DNA from: a virus
Lineage: Duplodnaviria; Caudoviricetes
Strand: one strand, 5' to 3'
Virus record (IMG/VR): IMGVR_UViG_3300024262_000034
Coordinates: 1 to 57,191 of that record
Length of the DNA stretch: 57,191 nucleotides
In this document: positions 7,593 through 15,625 of the stretch, piece by piece
How the letters are laid out: each line of letters begins with the position of its first letter
Numbering within the stretch: the first letter of the stretch is position 1
Program-made: the position numbers and the translations under genes
The notes under the pieces: model-generated
What the model was told of the DNA's origin: nothing
Seen by the model: only the letters and a program-made list of their open reading frames with translations
Databases searched by the model: none

Positions 7593-7828
7593 TCTCTGCT
7601 TTCCTTTTTAATTCAGACGTAGCTTGTAAGATAGCCTGATCTTGCCAGATGGTGGCGTTTATTGCCAGCGAACCGGATAAACGAGGGTAGCCCCACTCTA
7701 TAATAAGCTGTTTGTCTTTGTAAACATCAACATAAAGCTCTTGCCGGTCATGGAAATGCCAGACTGTTTTGAAACCGTCTTTTTCTAAAGTAACACTTTT
7801 TTTAGCCATTCTCTGCTTTCCTTTTTAA
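7579..7828. repeat. Perfect 33-bp direct repeats (7579-7611, 7796-7828) flanking one gene
   Basis: CTTTTTTTAGCCATTCTCTGCTTTCCTTTTTAA occurs twice. Confidence 0.95.
7585..7809 (-). CDS. Hypothetical protein within a direct-repeat-bounded cassette
   Basis: ORF with AAGGA RBS inside the repeat. Confidence 0.65.
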   Translation of the reverse strand: MAKKSVTLEKDGFKTVWHFHDRQELYVDVYKDKQLIIEWGYPRLSGSLAINATIWQDQAILQATSELKRKAENG

Positions 7829-7841
7829 ATAAAGCTCAATA

Positions 7842-8354
7842 TCACTTGTCAATAAATATCTTTCCAGTAAGCAAAAATTCGTTATCGTTGGCTTTAATAT
7901 TTTCAATAATATATTCGTCGCTGTTGATGTCGTCATACTCTTGAGCCAACATTTTAAGATAAGCACCGGCCAATGCTTTTAAAAAGTTGGTTTCAATCCG
8001 TTCATCCTCTGATTGCCACTGTTCATCATCCTCAATAGACTCACAGGCAGTATGAAATAAATCTTTGTACTCCAAAGCAATTTTATACGTTTGGCAGTCT
8101 TTGCCGTGATTTTCCAGTATTTTTTCAATGGTGAAATCAGCCGCCGCAATCGTGCAATCAACATATTCAATCTTAATAGTTTTTTGATACAGGTCAAACC
8201 CTGTTATTTCCAGACCGACATTTTTTGCATCATCATAAATATAATCCCACCAGTCATGCAGGCAGGAATCTTCACGATGTTGATTGACAACCTTTTCTTG
8301 TACATCTTCAGAAAGCTCTTCAAACGTGTAAACTTTTACTTTTGCAATTCTCAT
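7842..8354 (-). CDS. Conserved acidic phage protein
   Basis: VYTFEELSEDVQEK...EYDDINSDE...ANDNEF pattern, D/E-rich. Confidence 0.7.
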   Translation of the reverse strand: MRIAKVKVYTFEELSEDVQEKVVNQHREDSCLHDWWDYIYDDAKNVGLEITGFDLYQKTIKIEYVDCTIAAADFTIEKILENHGKDCQTYKIALEYKDLFHTACESIEDDEQWQSEDERIETNFLKALAGAYLKMLAQEYDDINSDEYIIENIKANDNEFLLTGKIFIDK

Positions 8355-8418
8355 TCTTTATTCCTTTTCTTGTTTTATTTCAATATCCGATATAGGATAA
8401 TATATGTTTTCAGGAAAG

Positions 8419-8661
8419 TCAACCCACAATCAAAAACTTTTTTCGGCCTGTGTCACGAATTTCATTTAATGCTTCCATATCCATCTCACCATTGAACATA
8501 AAGCATTGCCACCGAATTAAACGGGCAATCTGTTTTATGGTAACGGCCAGTGATTTAAAGTCAGGCAGGCCGAATCCAAAAAAGCAATCAATACCGGACG
8601 TACTTAAATCTTCACCAGATTGGGCAATCTTGACAGCCTCAGAAAGTTCTTTTTTATTCAT
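8419..8661 (-). CDS. Hypothetical protein
   Basis: AAGGA RBS and promoter TTGCCT-N16-TACATT (8715-8688). Confidence 0.65.
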   Translation of the reverse strand: MNKKELSEAVKIAQSGEDLSTSGIDCFFGFGLPDFKSLAVTIKQIARLIRWQCFMFNGEMDMEALNEIRDTGRKKFLIVG

Positions 8662-8721
8662 TTTTTATTCCTTATGTTGTTACTCATAATGTAGAATATA
8701 AAAAATAAAAGGCAAATAAAT

Positions 8722-8749
8722 TTGCAAAAAATTTTTCAGGCTGTATAGT
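8722..8749 (+). promoter_or_regulatory. Plus-strand promoter TTGCAA-N16-TATAGT directed into the non-coding repeat region
   Basis: Hexamers at 8722-8727 and 8744-8749, back-to-back with a minus-strand promoter. Confidence 0.5.
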
Positions 8750-8926
8750 TATGACATGAAGATCGACCGGCAAACGTAGTCCGATAATATTTCAACAGAA
8801 ATAATCGCTCTAGGTCCAGTAACCCTAGATAGTTATAGGACCAGTCCGGCCTGAAATGTCCAAAGGTCCGGTAACAATGAAGGTCCGATAATATAACTGG
8901 GAGTGACAATCAAGGTCCGATAATAT

Positions 8927-8994
8927 AGAGAACTGGATAAGTAGATCAAGAAGTCCAGAAAGAGAACTGGATAAGTGGATCAAGAAGTCCAGAA
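8927..8994. repeat. 34-bp tandem duplication with 1 mismatch
   Basis: AGAGAACTGGATAAGT(A/G)GATCAAGAAGTCCAGAA twice. Confidence 0.95.
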
Positions 8995-9145
8995 GCCGCT
9001 TCCCTAAAAGTGCCGCTTCCCTAAAAGTGCCGCTTCCCTAAAAGTGCCGCTTCCCTAAAAGTGCCGCTTCCCTAAAAGTGCCGCTTCCCTAAAAGTGCCG
9101 CTTCCCTAAAAGTGCCGCTTCCCTAAAAGTGCCGCTTCCCTAAAA
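8995..9145. repeat. Tandem array of 17-bp GCCGCTTCCCTAAAAGT, 8 full copies plus 1 partial
   Basis: Counted directly. Same core and orientation as the 3308-3560 array. Confidence 0.98.
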
Positions 9146-9310
9146 ACACTCATCCTCATCGAAAATAATATTTCGCCAAACGATTGGATAGTCATCATCC
9201 TCTAGTTCTCTCAATGTTCGCATAATAGGCACACCAGATAATTCATCGAACCCACACCCTATTGCGTGATGAACCTGTAACTGTAATTGTTTTTTACTTA
9301 TACGAGCCAT
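9140..9310 (-). CDS. Hypothetical protein
   Basis: AGGAGAGGA RBS before MARISKK. Its TAG stop lies in the last repeat unit. Confidence 0.55.
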   Translation of the reverse strand: MARISKKQLQLQVHHAIGCGFDELSGVPIMRTLRELEDDDYPIVWRNIIFDEDECF

Positions 9311-9323
9311 TGTTGTTCCTCTC

Positions 9324-9554
9324 CTAAATTCTACGGCGAATACTTGAATCCGGTTCATGTATTGCAAAAACAATTTCTTGATGACGTTCACCCTGCTTGA
9401 CAGCTTCTGCCTCTGTCTCTACCACCGTTCCCCGCACACCGTTGTATAGGCTGAGAAACCTGTACCGCACATAGGTTGGTTGACTACCCAAACGCTCGAT
9501 TGTATATATCGCTCCACCGGTTGGGGGCAATATTCGTTTTGATCTAGTTGTCAT
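9324..9554 (-). CDS. Hypothetical protein
   Basis: ORF in operon context. Confidence 0.55.
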   Translation of the reverse strand: MTTRSKRILPPTGGAIYTIERLGSQPTYVRYRFLSLYNGVRGTVVETEAEAVKQGERHQEIVFAIHEPDSSIRRRI

Positions 9555-9723
9555 TTATCTTTTCCATCCTCAATGTATGCAACAAAAAAACATACGCAGA
9601 ATCTTTAAACCGGACAAGATTCTTTTCGACAGCCGTAACCTCATAAACTTCACCACTTTTAAGACCGGATGAATGTTCCCGGAAAAAGACTTTATATTTT
9701 TCACCTACTTTTATCTCAACCAT
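9544..9723 (-). CDS. Small beta-rich protein (59 aa, MVEIKVGEKY...), paralogue of 6931-7146
   Basis: Hand-translated. GAGGA RBS and similarity to 6931-7146. Confidence 0.6.
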   Translation of the reverse strand: MVEIKVGEKYKVFFREHSSGLKSGEVYEVTAVEKNLVRFKDSAYVFLLHTLRMEKINDN

Positions 9724-9757
9724 GTATATTTTATCCTCTAACTGTAGAAGATTTTTT

Positions 9758-10333
9758 TCACCAACACTTCACCCTATACTTACCGGGAACATAAGACAAT
9801 ACCGCTTTCGATTGCCGTATGGTTGTGTTCAGTTCATCAAACGCTTCCTGAATTTCCGTTGGAACATCACCCTCTTCCGGTAAGTCACCGGAGTAATAAT
9901 CATATGGCTCAATCTCGGAGGCGTACACCGGGTCACAGATAATAAGTTTTGCTTGTGCATAATAATTCTTTGGATTTTCATCATCAAGCATTATCTCGTC
10001 ATACAGGTAGTCATTAAGATCACCCTCGCTGAAAAAATAACGATCAAAACATACTGAATAGACCGGTCGCTTTCTATCCCATTCTTTTTCATGCAAAGCA
10101 AAAAACTTTTCTTTTTGCTTTGCATAACTACACTTTTCGCAGTATGAGTTCTTGTCATAGACACACCCACACTCACACTTTTTATGTGTTGCCCCATCCC
10201 ATCTAGCTGATCTCTCATCTGCTCCATAATAATGACCTTGACGGCTCACCCAACCTTTGATGTCAGTCCGGTAAGTTGCCGCAGACTCATCCTCTGGAAA
10301 AATTTTGATGTCTTCATTCATCATGGAAACCAA
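9758..10333 (-). CDS. Conserved phage protein with Cys cluster
   Basis: GWVSRxGxYYGxDERxARWDGATHxxCxCG...CxxC motif. Confidence 0.7.
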   Translation of the reverse strand: MVSMMNEDIKIFPEDESAATYRTDIKGWVSRQGHYYGADERSARWDGATHKKCECGCVYDKNSYCEKCSYAKQKEKFFALHEKEWDRKRPVYSVCFDRYFFSEGDLNDYLYDEIMLDDENPKNYYAQAKLIICDPVYASEIEPYDYYSGDLPEEGDVPTEIQEAFDELNTTIRQSKAVLSYVPGKYRVKCW

Positions 10334-10380
10334 CCTCTTTATTTAAATTTTATGGTGACGGACTCTAAATTGTTTTAATA

Positions 10381-10428
10381 GGTCGCCAGCAGGTGTGTGA
10401 CTACCGGCGACCAAAGGAGGAAAAATGA
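10381..10428 (-). terminator. Hairpin preceded by an anti-SD tract
   Basis: Minus strand TCATTTTTCCTCCTTTG followed by the stem GGTCGCCGGTAG / CTGCTGGCGACC. Lacks a clear U-tract. Confidence 0.5.
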
Positions 10429-10599
10429 AAATCTATTTAAAAAATCCCCACAATGCCATAATAAATAGCATTTCAGAGATTAAAAAGAACACACTAAAAA
10501 ACCGGATGAGTGTTCCGTTTCCACAATGCTCTTTAAATATGTTGCTGCAATTCACCATCATGTGCAGACATAAATAAGCTGTAAGATAGATATTAAACA

Positions 10600-11178
10600 T
10601 TAGTGTGCAATCCTTATAATCCCCTGTTCTTTACAAAACGAACAACGGCATGGTGGGTCTGACCTGTCATCAGGTTTTCCATCAGGTGCAGCACCATGCC
10701 AACGCCAACGATCTTCGGCTCCCATCAGGCAGTGGTGATTCTTATCAAATTCCGGGAATTCATCATTATGCTCTTCCCAGTGCCGGACATGTTGTTCAAA
10801 ACTTTCCAGCACTTCCTGATCGGTCTGCCCTTCATCAAACGTCCAATGTTCAAACCATGACAGACACCACGTTGTGTCTTCCAGCTTCTTAACCTCATAG
10901 GTCATCGTTCCTTCAATCGCACCGTTATCTTTGTCAACCTGACGTTGAAAGGCTTCTTCACAAAATTTTTGCAATTCTTCAGGAGTTGGCTCTTCTCTGA
11001 AGATTGTATTCCAACCGGTTCCGTTACGGCTTTGACCATCAGGAAGACCACCACAACTGCGGCATGGTTTATCCTTGGTGTCATCGGGGTCAGACTTACA
11101 CCAGCAGTCTTTGCCAACTTCCCGTGTGAAAATCCATTTTAGTTCAAAGCGGTAATGGGGATATTTTTTTACCGACAT
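10600..11178 (-). CDS. Cys/Trp-rich hypothetical protein
   Basis: CWC...CRSCGG and PPCRCSFC motifs. Start refined to MSVKK. Confidence 0.65.
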   Translation of the reverse strand: MSVKKYPHYRFELKWIFTREVGKDCWCKSDPDDTKDKPCRSCGGLPDGQSRNGTGWNTIFREEPTPEELQKFCEEAFQRQVDKDNGAIEGTMTYEVKKLEDTTWCLSWFEHWTFDEGQTDQEVLESFEQHVRHWEEHNDEFPEFDKNHHCLMGAEDRWRWHGAAPDGKPDDRSDPPCRCSFCKEQGIIRIAH

Positions 11179-11317
11179 TTCCATACCATCCAAAAAAAGA
11201 AAACACCAACCGTAACACAACCAGCCGTGAAAAGCTGGCACAATAAATTATAATTTTCAGCATTCATAATAAAACCCTTTCTCCCTACATATTACCATCT
11301 AGGGATCAAAAGTCAAA

Positions 11318-11608
11318 CTATTTCAATAAATTTTCATTATAAATCTGGATGGCCTTTTCCACATTCTTGACATGTTGATCAACAAAGTTTTTCAGCCGCA
11401 TCAGATCACTGAAGTGGCGGTTCAGGCTAAGCGGAGCTTTGCTGTCTGTTCCGGGACTCTGGTGATCCCATAATAAGACTGTGCTGCTACCATCACACAG
11501 GGTAAATTCAGCCTCCATTGATCCGAGATACACATTTACATTTGAAGAAGCACTTCTCAGGGGGTTTCGACCCGCCGTACTCAGGAATGTTTGCTTGGCA
11601 ATTTCCAT
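11318..11608 (-). CDS. Hypothetical protein
   Basis: ORF with AAAGGTG RBS. Confidence 0.6.
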   Translation of the reverse strand: MEIAKQTFLSTAGRNPLRSASSNVNVYLGSMEAEFTLCDGSSTVLLWDHQSPGTDSKAPLSLNRHFSDLMRLKNFVDQHVKNVEKAIQIYNENLLK

Positions 11609-11619
11609 ACTACACCTTT

Positions 11620-12033
11620 CTATTTTACAGGGTTAGTTAGCTCTTCACGATAATTTTCTACCTGACCAGAACTATTGACCGTCCACCGAACAACTCGGCC
11701 TGACAATGGATTCAGCCCGCCACCCACGGTTAATTTTGGTTGTAATAGCCACTGAAGCGTCCTACGTCGAATAACTGGCTGTTTCGGGTCAGCCGGGTCC
11801 AACTCAGAGATTGTCAGTGTGACCCGATAGGGGAAGTCTCTTTTAGGGAGATTCAACCCCAAGTTATACCCGATGTCTTCGGTGATCTTGTCTTGATAAT
11901 TAAAATCGTTAAACTTCTCGACAACCGGGAACACGTTACCAAAGTTGGCTTCCCCATAGACCACCACAAATCCAGCTAAAAAGGCTGCGATTCCCACCAA
12001 CCACGAAGTTATTATTTTAGTTTTTTTATTCAT
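11620..12033 (-). CDS. Membrane-anchored hypothetical protein
   Basis: N-terminal basic residues followed by a hydrophobic helix. Confidence 0.6.
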   Translation of the reverse strand: MNKKTKIITSWLVGIAAFLAGFVVVYGEANFGNVFPVVEKFNDFNYQDKITEDIGYNLGLNLPKRDFPYRVTLTISELDPADPKQPVIRRRTLQWLLQPKLTVGGGLNPLSGRVVRWTVNSSGQVENYREELTNPVK

Positions 12034-12244
12034 TATACTCTCCCATCATTTCAAACCCCTCGGCTAATCTGTCATCCAAAGGGTGAAGATTATAGTCACT
12101 ATCATCATAACACTCCCCGCATACTCGATCATACTTCCCGCAATCTGTTTCACTCTGTACATCCCGTAAGTCTTTCTCTGCCGTTGGGTTTCCACACCAA
12201 TTACAATAGTAGGCTGATCCAGTATATTGTTTGTGCTCGTTCAT
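12026..12244 (-). CDS. Small zinc-finger protein
   Basis: CNWC...CGEC motif. Confidence 0.55.
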   Translation of the reverse strand: MNEHKQYTGSAYYCNWCGNPTAEKDLRDVQSETDCGKYDRVCGECYDDSDYNLHPLDDRLAEGFEMMGEYNE

Positions 12245-12549
12245 TCTTTCGGTTTCGGCCAACAATCATTCCCATCCAGATAGGTTTCCAGCCCGGCTAT
12301 GCAGGGGCAGACATGAAACCCCTTACTGCTTTTCCACTGTTTATCCTGCAACAACAGGTCAATATATTTCTGATACCTCGGCAGTTCGACCATATCATTA
12401 AATATACCGTCGTGATCCATTGACATCACACTGGCAAATTCAAACCCCTCCATCAACCAGCCGATTGTTTTATCAAACCAAACTTGAAAAATAAAGTCCA
12501 ACAGGTCTTCCTTGAGTTCGGACTCTAATATTTTTTTAACTGTAAGCAC
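12241..12549 (-). CDS. Hypothetical acidic protein
   Basis: ORF overlapping both neighbours. Confidence 0.55.
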   Translation of the reverse strand: MLTVKKILESELKEDLLDFIFQVWFDKTIGWLMEGFEFASVMSMDHDGIFNDMVELPRYQKYIDLLLQDKQWKSSKGFHVCPCIAGLETYLDGNDCWPKPKE

Positions 12550-12922
12550 GATAGCGTCCTATTGATATTTCTTGTTCAATCCGTTCCCGACGCAGAGGTG
12601 GAAAAAGTTCAATTGGTTTGTTTAACTCATGGGCCAACTCGAACTCTTCACCTAAGCCTGTTGATTCTTCCCACCCATTGGCATCCAGATATACCAGTTT
12701 ATCTGCCCACTTGATAAATTCTGTATTCATCTTTTGCCAGAAATTCCAATCATGTGGTAGATCAGTTATCACAGCAATGGGGCGGCAGTGAGTAATGGGT
12801 GAATAAACTATGTGACCTTCTTTCATTAGCTGTGCAGCAGCCGTGGTGACTACGAAATATCGAAACCGCATAATTTCTGCATCCGGGCTGCTATACGGCG
12901 TTGCTAAATATATTTTACTCAT
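12536..12922 (-). CDS. Nucleoside 2-deoxyribosyltransferase-like protein (DUF1937)
   Basis: IYLATPYS, VYSPITH and GWEESTGLGEEFELA motifs. Confidence 0.8.
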   Translation of the reverse strand: MSKIYLATPYSSPDAEIMRFRYFVVTTAAAQLMKEGHIVYSPITHCRPIAVITDLPHDWNFWQKMNTEFIKWADKLVYLDANGWEESTGLGEEFELAHELNKPIELFPPLRRERIEQEISIGRYRAYS

Positions 12923-13499
12923 CCTCATCAATCTCCATCTTAAAAGATAAGGGTCCAAAATCAATAATCATTGGCTTGCCTTTATAAACCCGCATGTTTG
13001 ACACCTGATTGTCATACCACTTGGCCTTTAAATGTTTGTAGCAAAGCTGCTCTAGTTGCTCAATATACCGCTTATACACCAGCTTCATTCGCACATATCG
13101 CTTTCCCACCTCATAGACTTCCTTTGGATTGTCTCCGGGTATCCTTTGAGTTTCATAAGCCCAAAGGCCTTTTTTGCCTTTCTGGATAAAGTCAACTATG
13201 TCCGTCGCCCCCATCCAGTCCGTATTGGTGCAAATGACTTCAAACAAGGCCGCCGTTGGAATAACTGGAAAACAAAGTGTCAATACTTCGGGTGCAAAAT
13301 TATGACTATGTGCTATGCTTTGTTTAAGAAAGGCATATTGACAGGACTTTTTAGTTGGGTAGATTTTGAGTGCCGACGTTCTCCCCGTAGGAAAAAATAT
13401 ACACTCACTCCCACCAACAATCGCCGCTTTGTTTGAACAGGGAATGTCTTGGATGATTCCGCTAGGTACGTTCTGTAACAATAATTTTTGTGTTGCCAT
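12915..13499 (-). CDS. Minimal protein-kinase-like (PKL/APH-fold) kinase
   Basis: ALKIY (beta3 Lys), APEV, DxxxxN (DNQVSN) catalytic loop and IIDFG. Confidence 0.6.
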   Translation of the reverse strand: MATQKLLLQNVPSGIIQDIPCSNKAAIVGGSECIFFPTGRTSALKIYPTKKSCQYAFLKQSIAHSHNFAPEVLTLCFPVIPTAALFEVICTNTDWMGATDIVDFIQKGKKGLWAYETQRIPGDNPKEVYEVGKRYVRMKLVYKRYIEQLEQLCYKHLKAKWYDNQVSNMRVYKGKPMIIDFGPLSFKMEIDEDE

Positions 13500-13519
13500 T
13501 TATTTATTATACCACATCT

Positions 13520-13768
13520 TTAAATATAATCAATTATTTTTTTAAGTTTTTCCAGTAATTCTTCCACATTTAGCGACTCACTATTCTTATAAAGTGCCTC
13601 AATCTGATCTATGTGGATTATGCCGGACATAACATCTGGAAGGATGTCTGACAATTTTGAAACGTAATACCCAGTATAGACATCAAACCGGACCACCGCA
13701 AAGGCATGAGGTCTTTGTAGGTAGCTTATCATTGCCCCTTTTATTTTGGCCTGCGTTTTTGTCAGCAT
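13520..13768 (-). CDS. Hypothetical protein
   Basis: ORF with start refined to MLTKTQ. Confidence 0.55.
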   Translation of the reverse strand: MLTKTQAKIKGAMISYLQRPHAFAVVRFDVYTGYYVSKLSDILPDVMSGIIHIDQIEALYKNSESLNVEELLEKLKKIIDYI

Positions 13769-13769
13769 G

Positions 13770-13949
13770 TTACCACCACCCCTCAAAAACAGCCTTATTC
13801 CCTTTGGCATCGGTACGATGAACTCGGTATTTCCCCCCAGTCTTTTTGACTTGTCGCTTGAGAAGTCGAAGGTCCGATATTAAATCATCGACATCCTGTT
13901 CAGACTCAAGCGGAATTACAACATCTTGTGCTTTTTCATTTGTTTTCAT
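13770..13949 (-). CDS. Hypothetical protein (59 aa, MKTNEKAQ...)
   Basis: Hand-translated. GAGGA RBS and promoter TTGACT-N16-TATCTT (14002-13975). Confidence 0.55.
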   Translation of the reverse strand: MKTNEKAQDVVIPLESEQDVDDLISDLRLLKRQVKKTGGKYRVHRTDAKGNKAVFEGWW

Positions 13950-13998
13950 AGTGTATCCTCTAATAGTTAATTAAAAGATACAATATAAAAATGAAAAG

Positions 13999-14316
13999 TC
14001 AATCCAAACCTATAATTTTTTCGTCTTCCACCTTACCATAGAGTTTTTTAATTTCCGTTCCCTTTTCTACCAGAACCTTATTCATGTAGTTGATGAAGCC
14101 CTCCGTCGCTTTGCTGTATTCATCCATTACGTCGAACACCAACTCCGCCGCTTCCGGGTGTTCTGTGTCCAATAAAAATCCCTGCTGCAACTCAATCAAT
14201 AATTTAAGCCGGTCTAAAACGGCACGAGATTTCGCCCCCCGTTGGGCCATGATTTTAATATACTCTTTTAATCTTGAATTCATATCACTCATAATAACGT
14301 TCCTGTTGCTGCCCAA
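13999..14316 (-). CDS. Hypothetical helical protein
   Basis: ORF in operon context. Confidence 0.55.
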   Translation of the reverse strand: MGSNRNVIMSDMNSRLKEYIKIMAQRGAKSRAVLDRLKLLIELQQGFLLDTEHPEAAELVFDVMDEYSKATEGFINYMNKVLVEKGTEIKKLYGKVEDEKIIGLD

Positions 14317-14334
14317 AACAGTGTCCAGACAGGT

Positions 14335-14619
14335 TTACCCAGTTGACTCTGGATGGTTAGGGTTTCGAGCTTTGACCACAGTAACATCCAACGGGAGCAA
14401 CTGTTCCCCGGCTGCTTTCCATGCGGCATCAATGAGGTTGTCGTGAAATTCTTCATCATCAATCAGTTCTTTGTACTCACTCTCAAACAGCCATCGGGTA
14501 TAAACAAATTCGTTGTCATTAATCTGTAAGTGAACACACAACGCCGCCACTTGTTCAGGATGCTGGCGGTGCTTCTGAACATATTGAGATTCATAATCAT
14601 ATAGTATAAGTTGGATCAT
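14335..14619 (-). CDS. Hypothetical protein
   Basis: ATGA overlap with the DUF3326 gene. Confidence 0.55.
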   Translation of the reverse strand: MIQLILYDYESQYVQKHRQHPEQVAALCVHLQINDNEFVYTRWLFESEYKELIDDEEFHDNLIDAAWKAAGEQLLPLDVTVVKARNPNHPESTG

Positions 14620-15623
14620 ATAATTCTTGTTTGCTCTAACGGTCTTCTCACAGAAGCCGGAACAACTCCAGCTTTCTTTGCGGCAACCACACCAGCCGCT
14701 TCAAGATAGTTATTCACATATATTATGTTGTGTTCGTGTGCATTAAAAAAAGCGTCATCACTGCGGCACACGCAGGTATTTTCCTCTACGACAATGATAG
14801 GGATGCCAAAAGCACAACATGCGTCATGCGGTGGACCCCATATACCAGCCGGGCTTATTAGGAAGTCCATATCCTGAACCCGTAAATCTCCACCAGTGTG
14901 AACTATCTTAGGGGCAACATGTGCTCCCTTGAAACAACAATGAATGTAACAGGTAGATACCGTTTCGGCTGCCTTGCGGGGATCAACAGCCTGATTGAAT
15001 TCAGACATGTCCATGTTTTCAACCGGGGCATGAATGACTGGCCGGTTCAGTTCACGGGACATAATTTTTGATAGTTGGGCTTCAACCCACCCCCATGGAT
15101 TAACACCACCGGGCTTTTCTAAATAGTCAAACACCACCTCCCGGTCAACCCTGATTGGCGTGTGTACTACCAGCACATCAAACGGAAGATACTGAACCTG
15201 TTTGATTGCTTCTTTGGCGTTCTTGATTGTTCCCGTTGCCAAGCCAGACTGCGGATCAAGGAACCCCTCCATTTTCAGACTACGATTAAGCTCAACAATC
15301 GTAATGTCTGCCCCCATGGTGGCTCTAGCTGCCGATGCAGCATTAACGACAGCCGGGGTGACTTCATTCACGGCCAATAGAATTTTATTGCCCTTGGCTT
15401 TTTTCAGTTCAATCTTACCATCTAAAAACCGAGTCAATATTGAACCCTCAACATAAAGCATGTTGTCAGTCATTTCATTGATGTCGGCTGCATTAACCAC
15501 GTTGGGGTGAACGATCAAATTGTCACACACCGCCGCTATCAGTTTGGCGGCTGGTGTGGCATCACCTGAATGACCACCAATCTCTGCTCCAAGTCCTGTG
15601 GGTATGATAAATACACAATTCAT
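14616..15623 (-). CDS. DUF3326 family protein
   Basis: IIPTGLGAEIGGHSGDA, HPNVVNAA, LYVEG, GxNPWGxVEA, HAP, DPRKAAE and NYLEAAG motifs. Confidence 0.88.
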   Translation of the reverse strand: MNCVFIIPTGLGAEIGGHSGDATPAAKLIAAVCDNLIVHPNVVNAADINEMTDNMLYVEGSILTRFLDGKIELKKAKGNKILLAVNEVTPAVVNAASAARATMGADITIVELNRSLKMEGFLDPQSGLATGTIKNAKEAIKQVQYLPFDVLVVHTPIRVDREVVFDYLEKPGGVNPWGWVEAQLSKIMSRELNRPVIHAPVENMDMSEFNQAVDPRKAAETVSTCYIHCCFKGAHVAPKIVHTGGDLRVQDMDFLISPAGIWGPPHDACCAFGIPIIVVEENTCVCRSDDAFFNAHEHNIIYVNNYLEAAGVVAAKKAGVVPASVRRPLEQTRII

Positions 15624-15625
15624 AA

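Noticed and set aside
8750-8930. tRNA or other known structured RNA
   Set aside because: No cloverleaf or T-loop GTTCRA signature was seen here or in other intergenic gaps by eye. tRNAscan-SE or Infernal would be decisive.
3308-9145. GCTTCCCTAAA arrays as mini-CRISPR arrays or eukaryotic telomere repeats
   Set aside because: Linkers are absent or too short and repetitive to be spacers. TTTTAGGG is only part of a longer 17-mer lying internally in a clearly phage genome.
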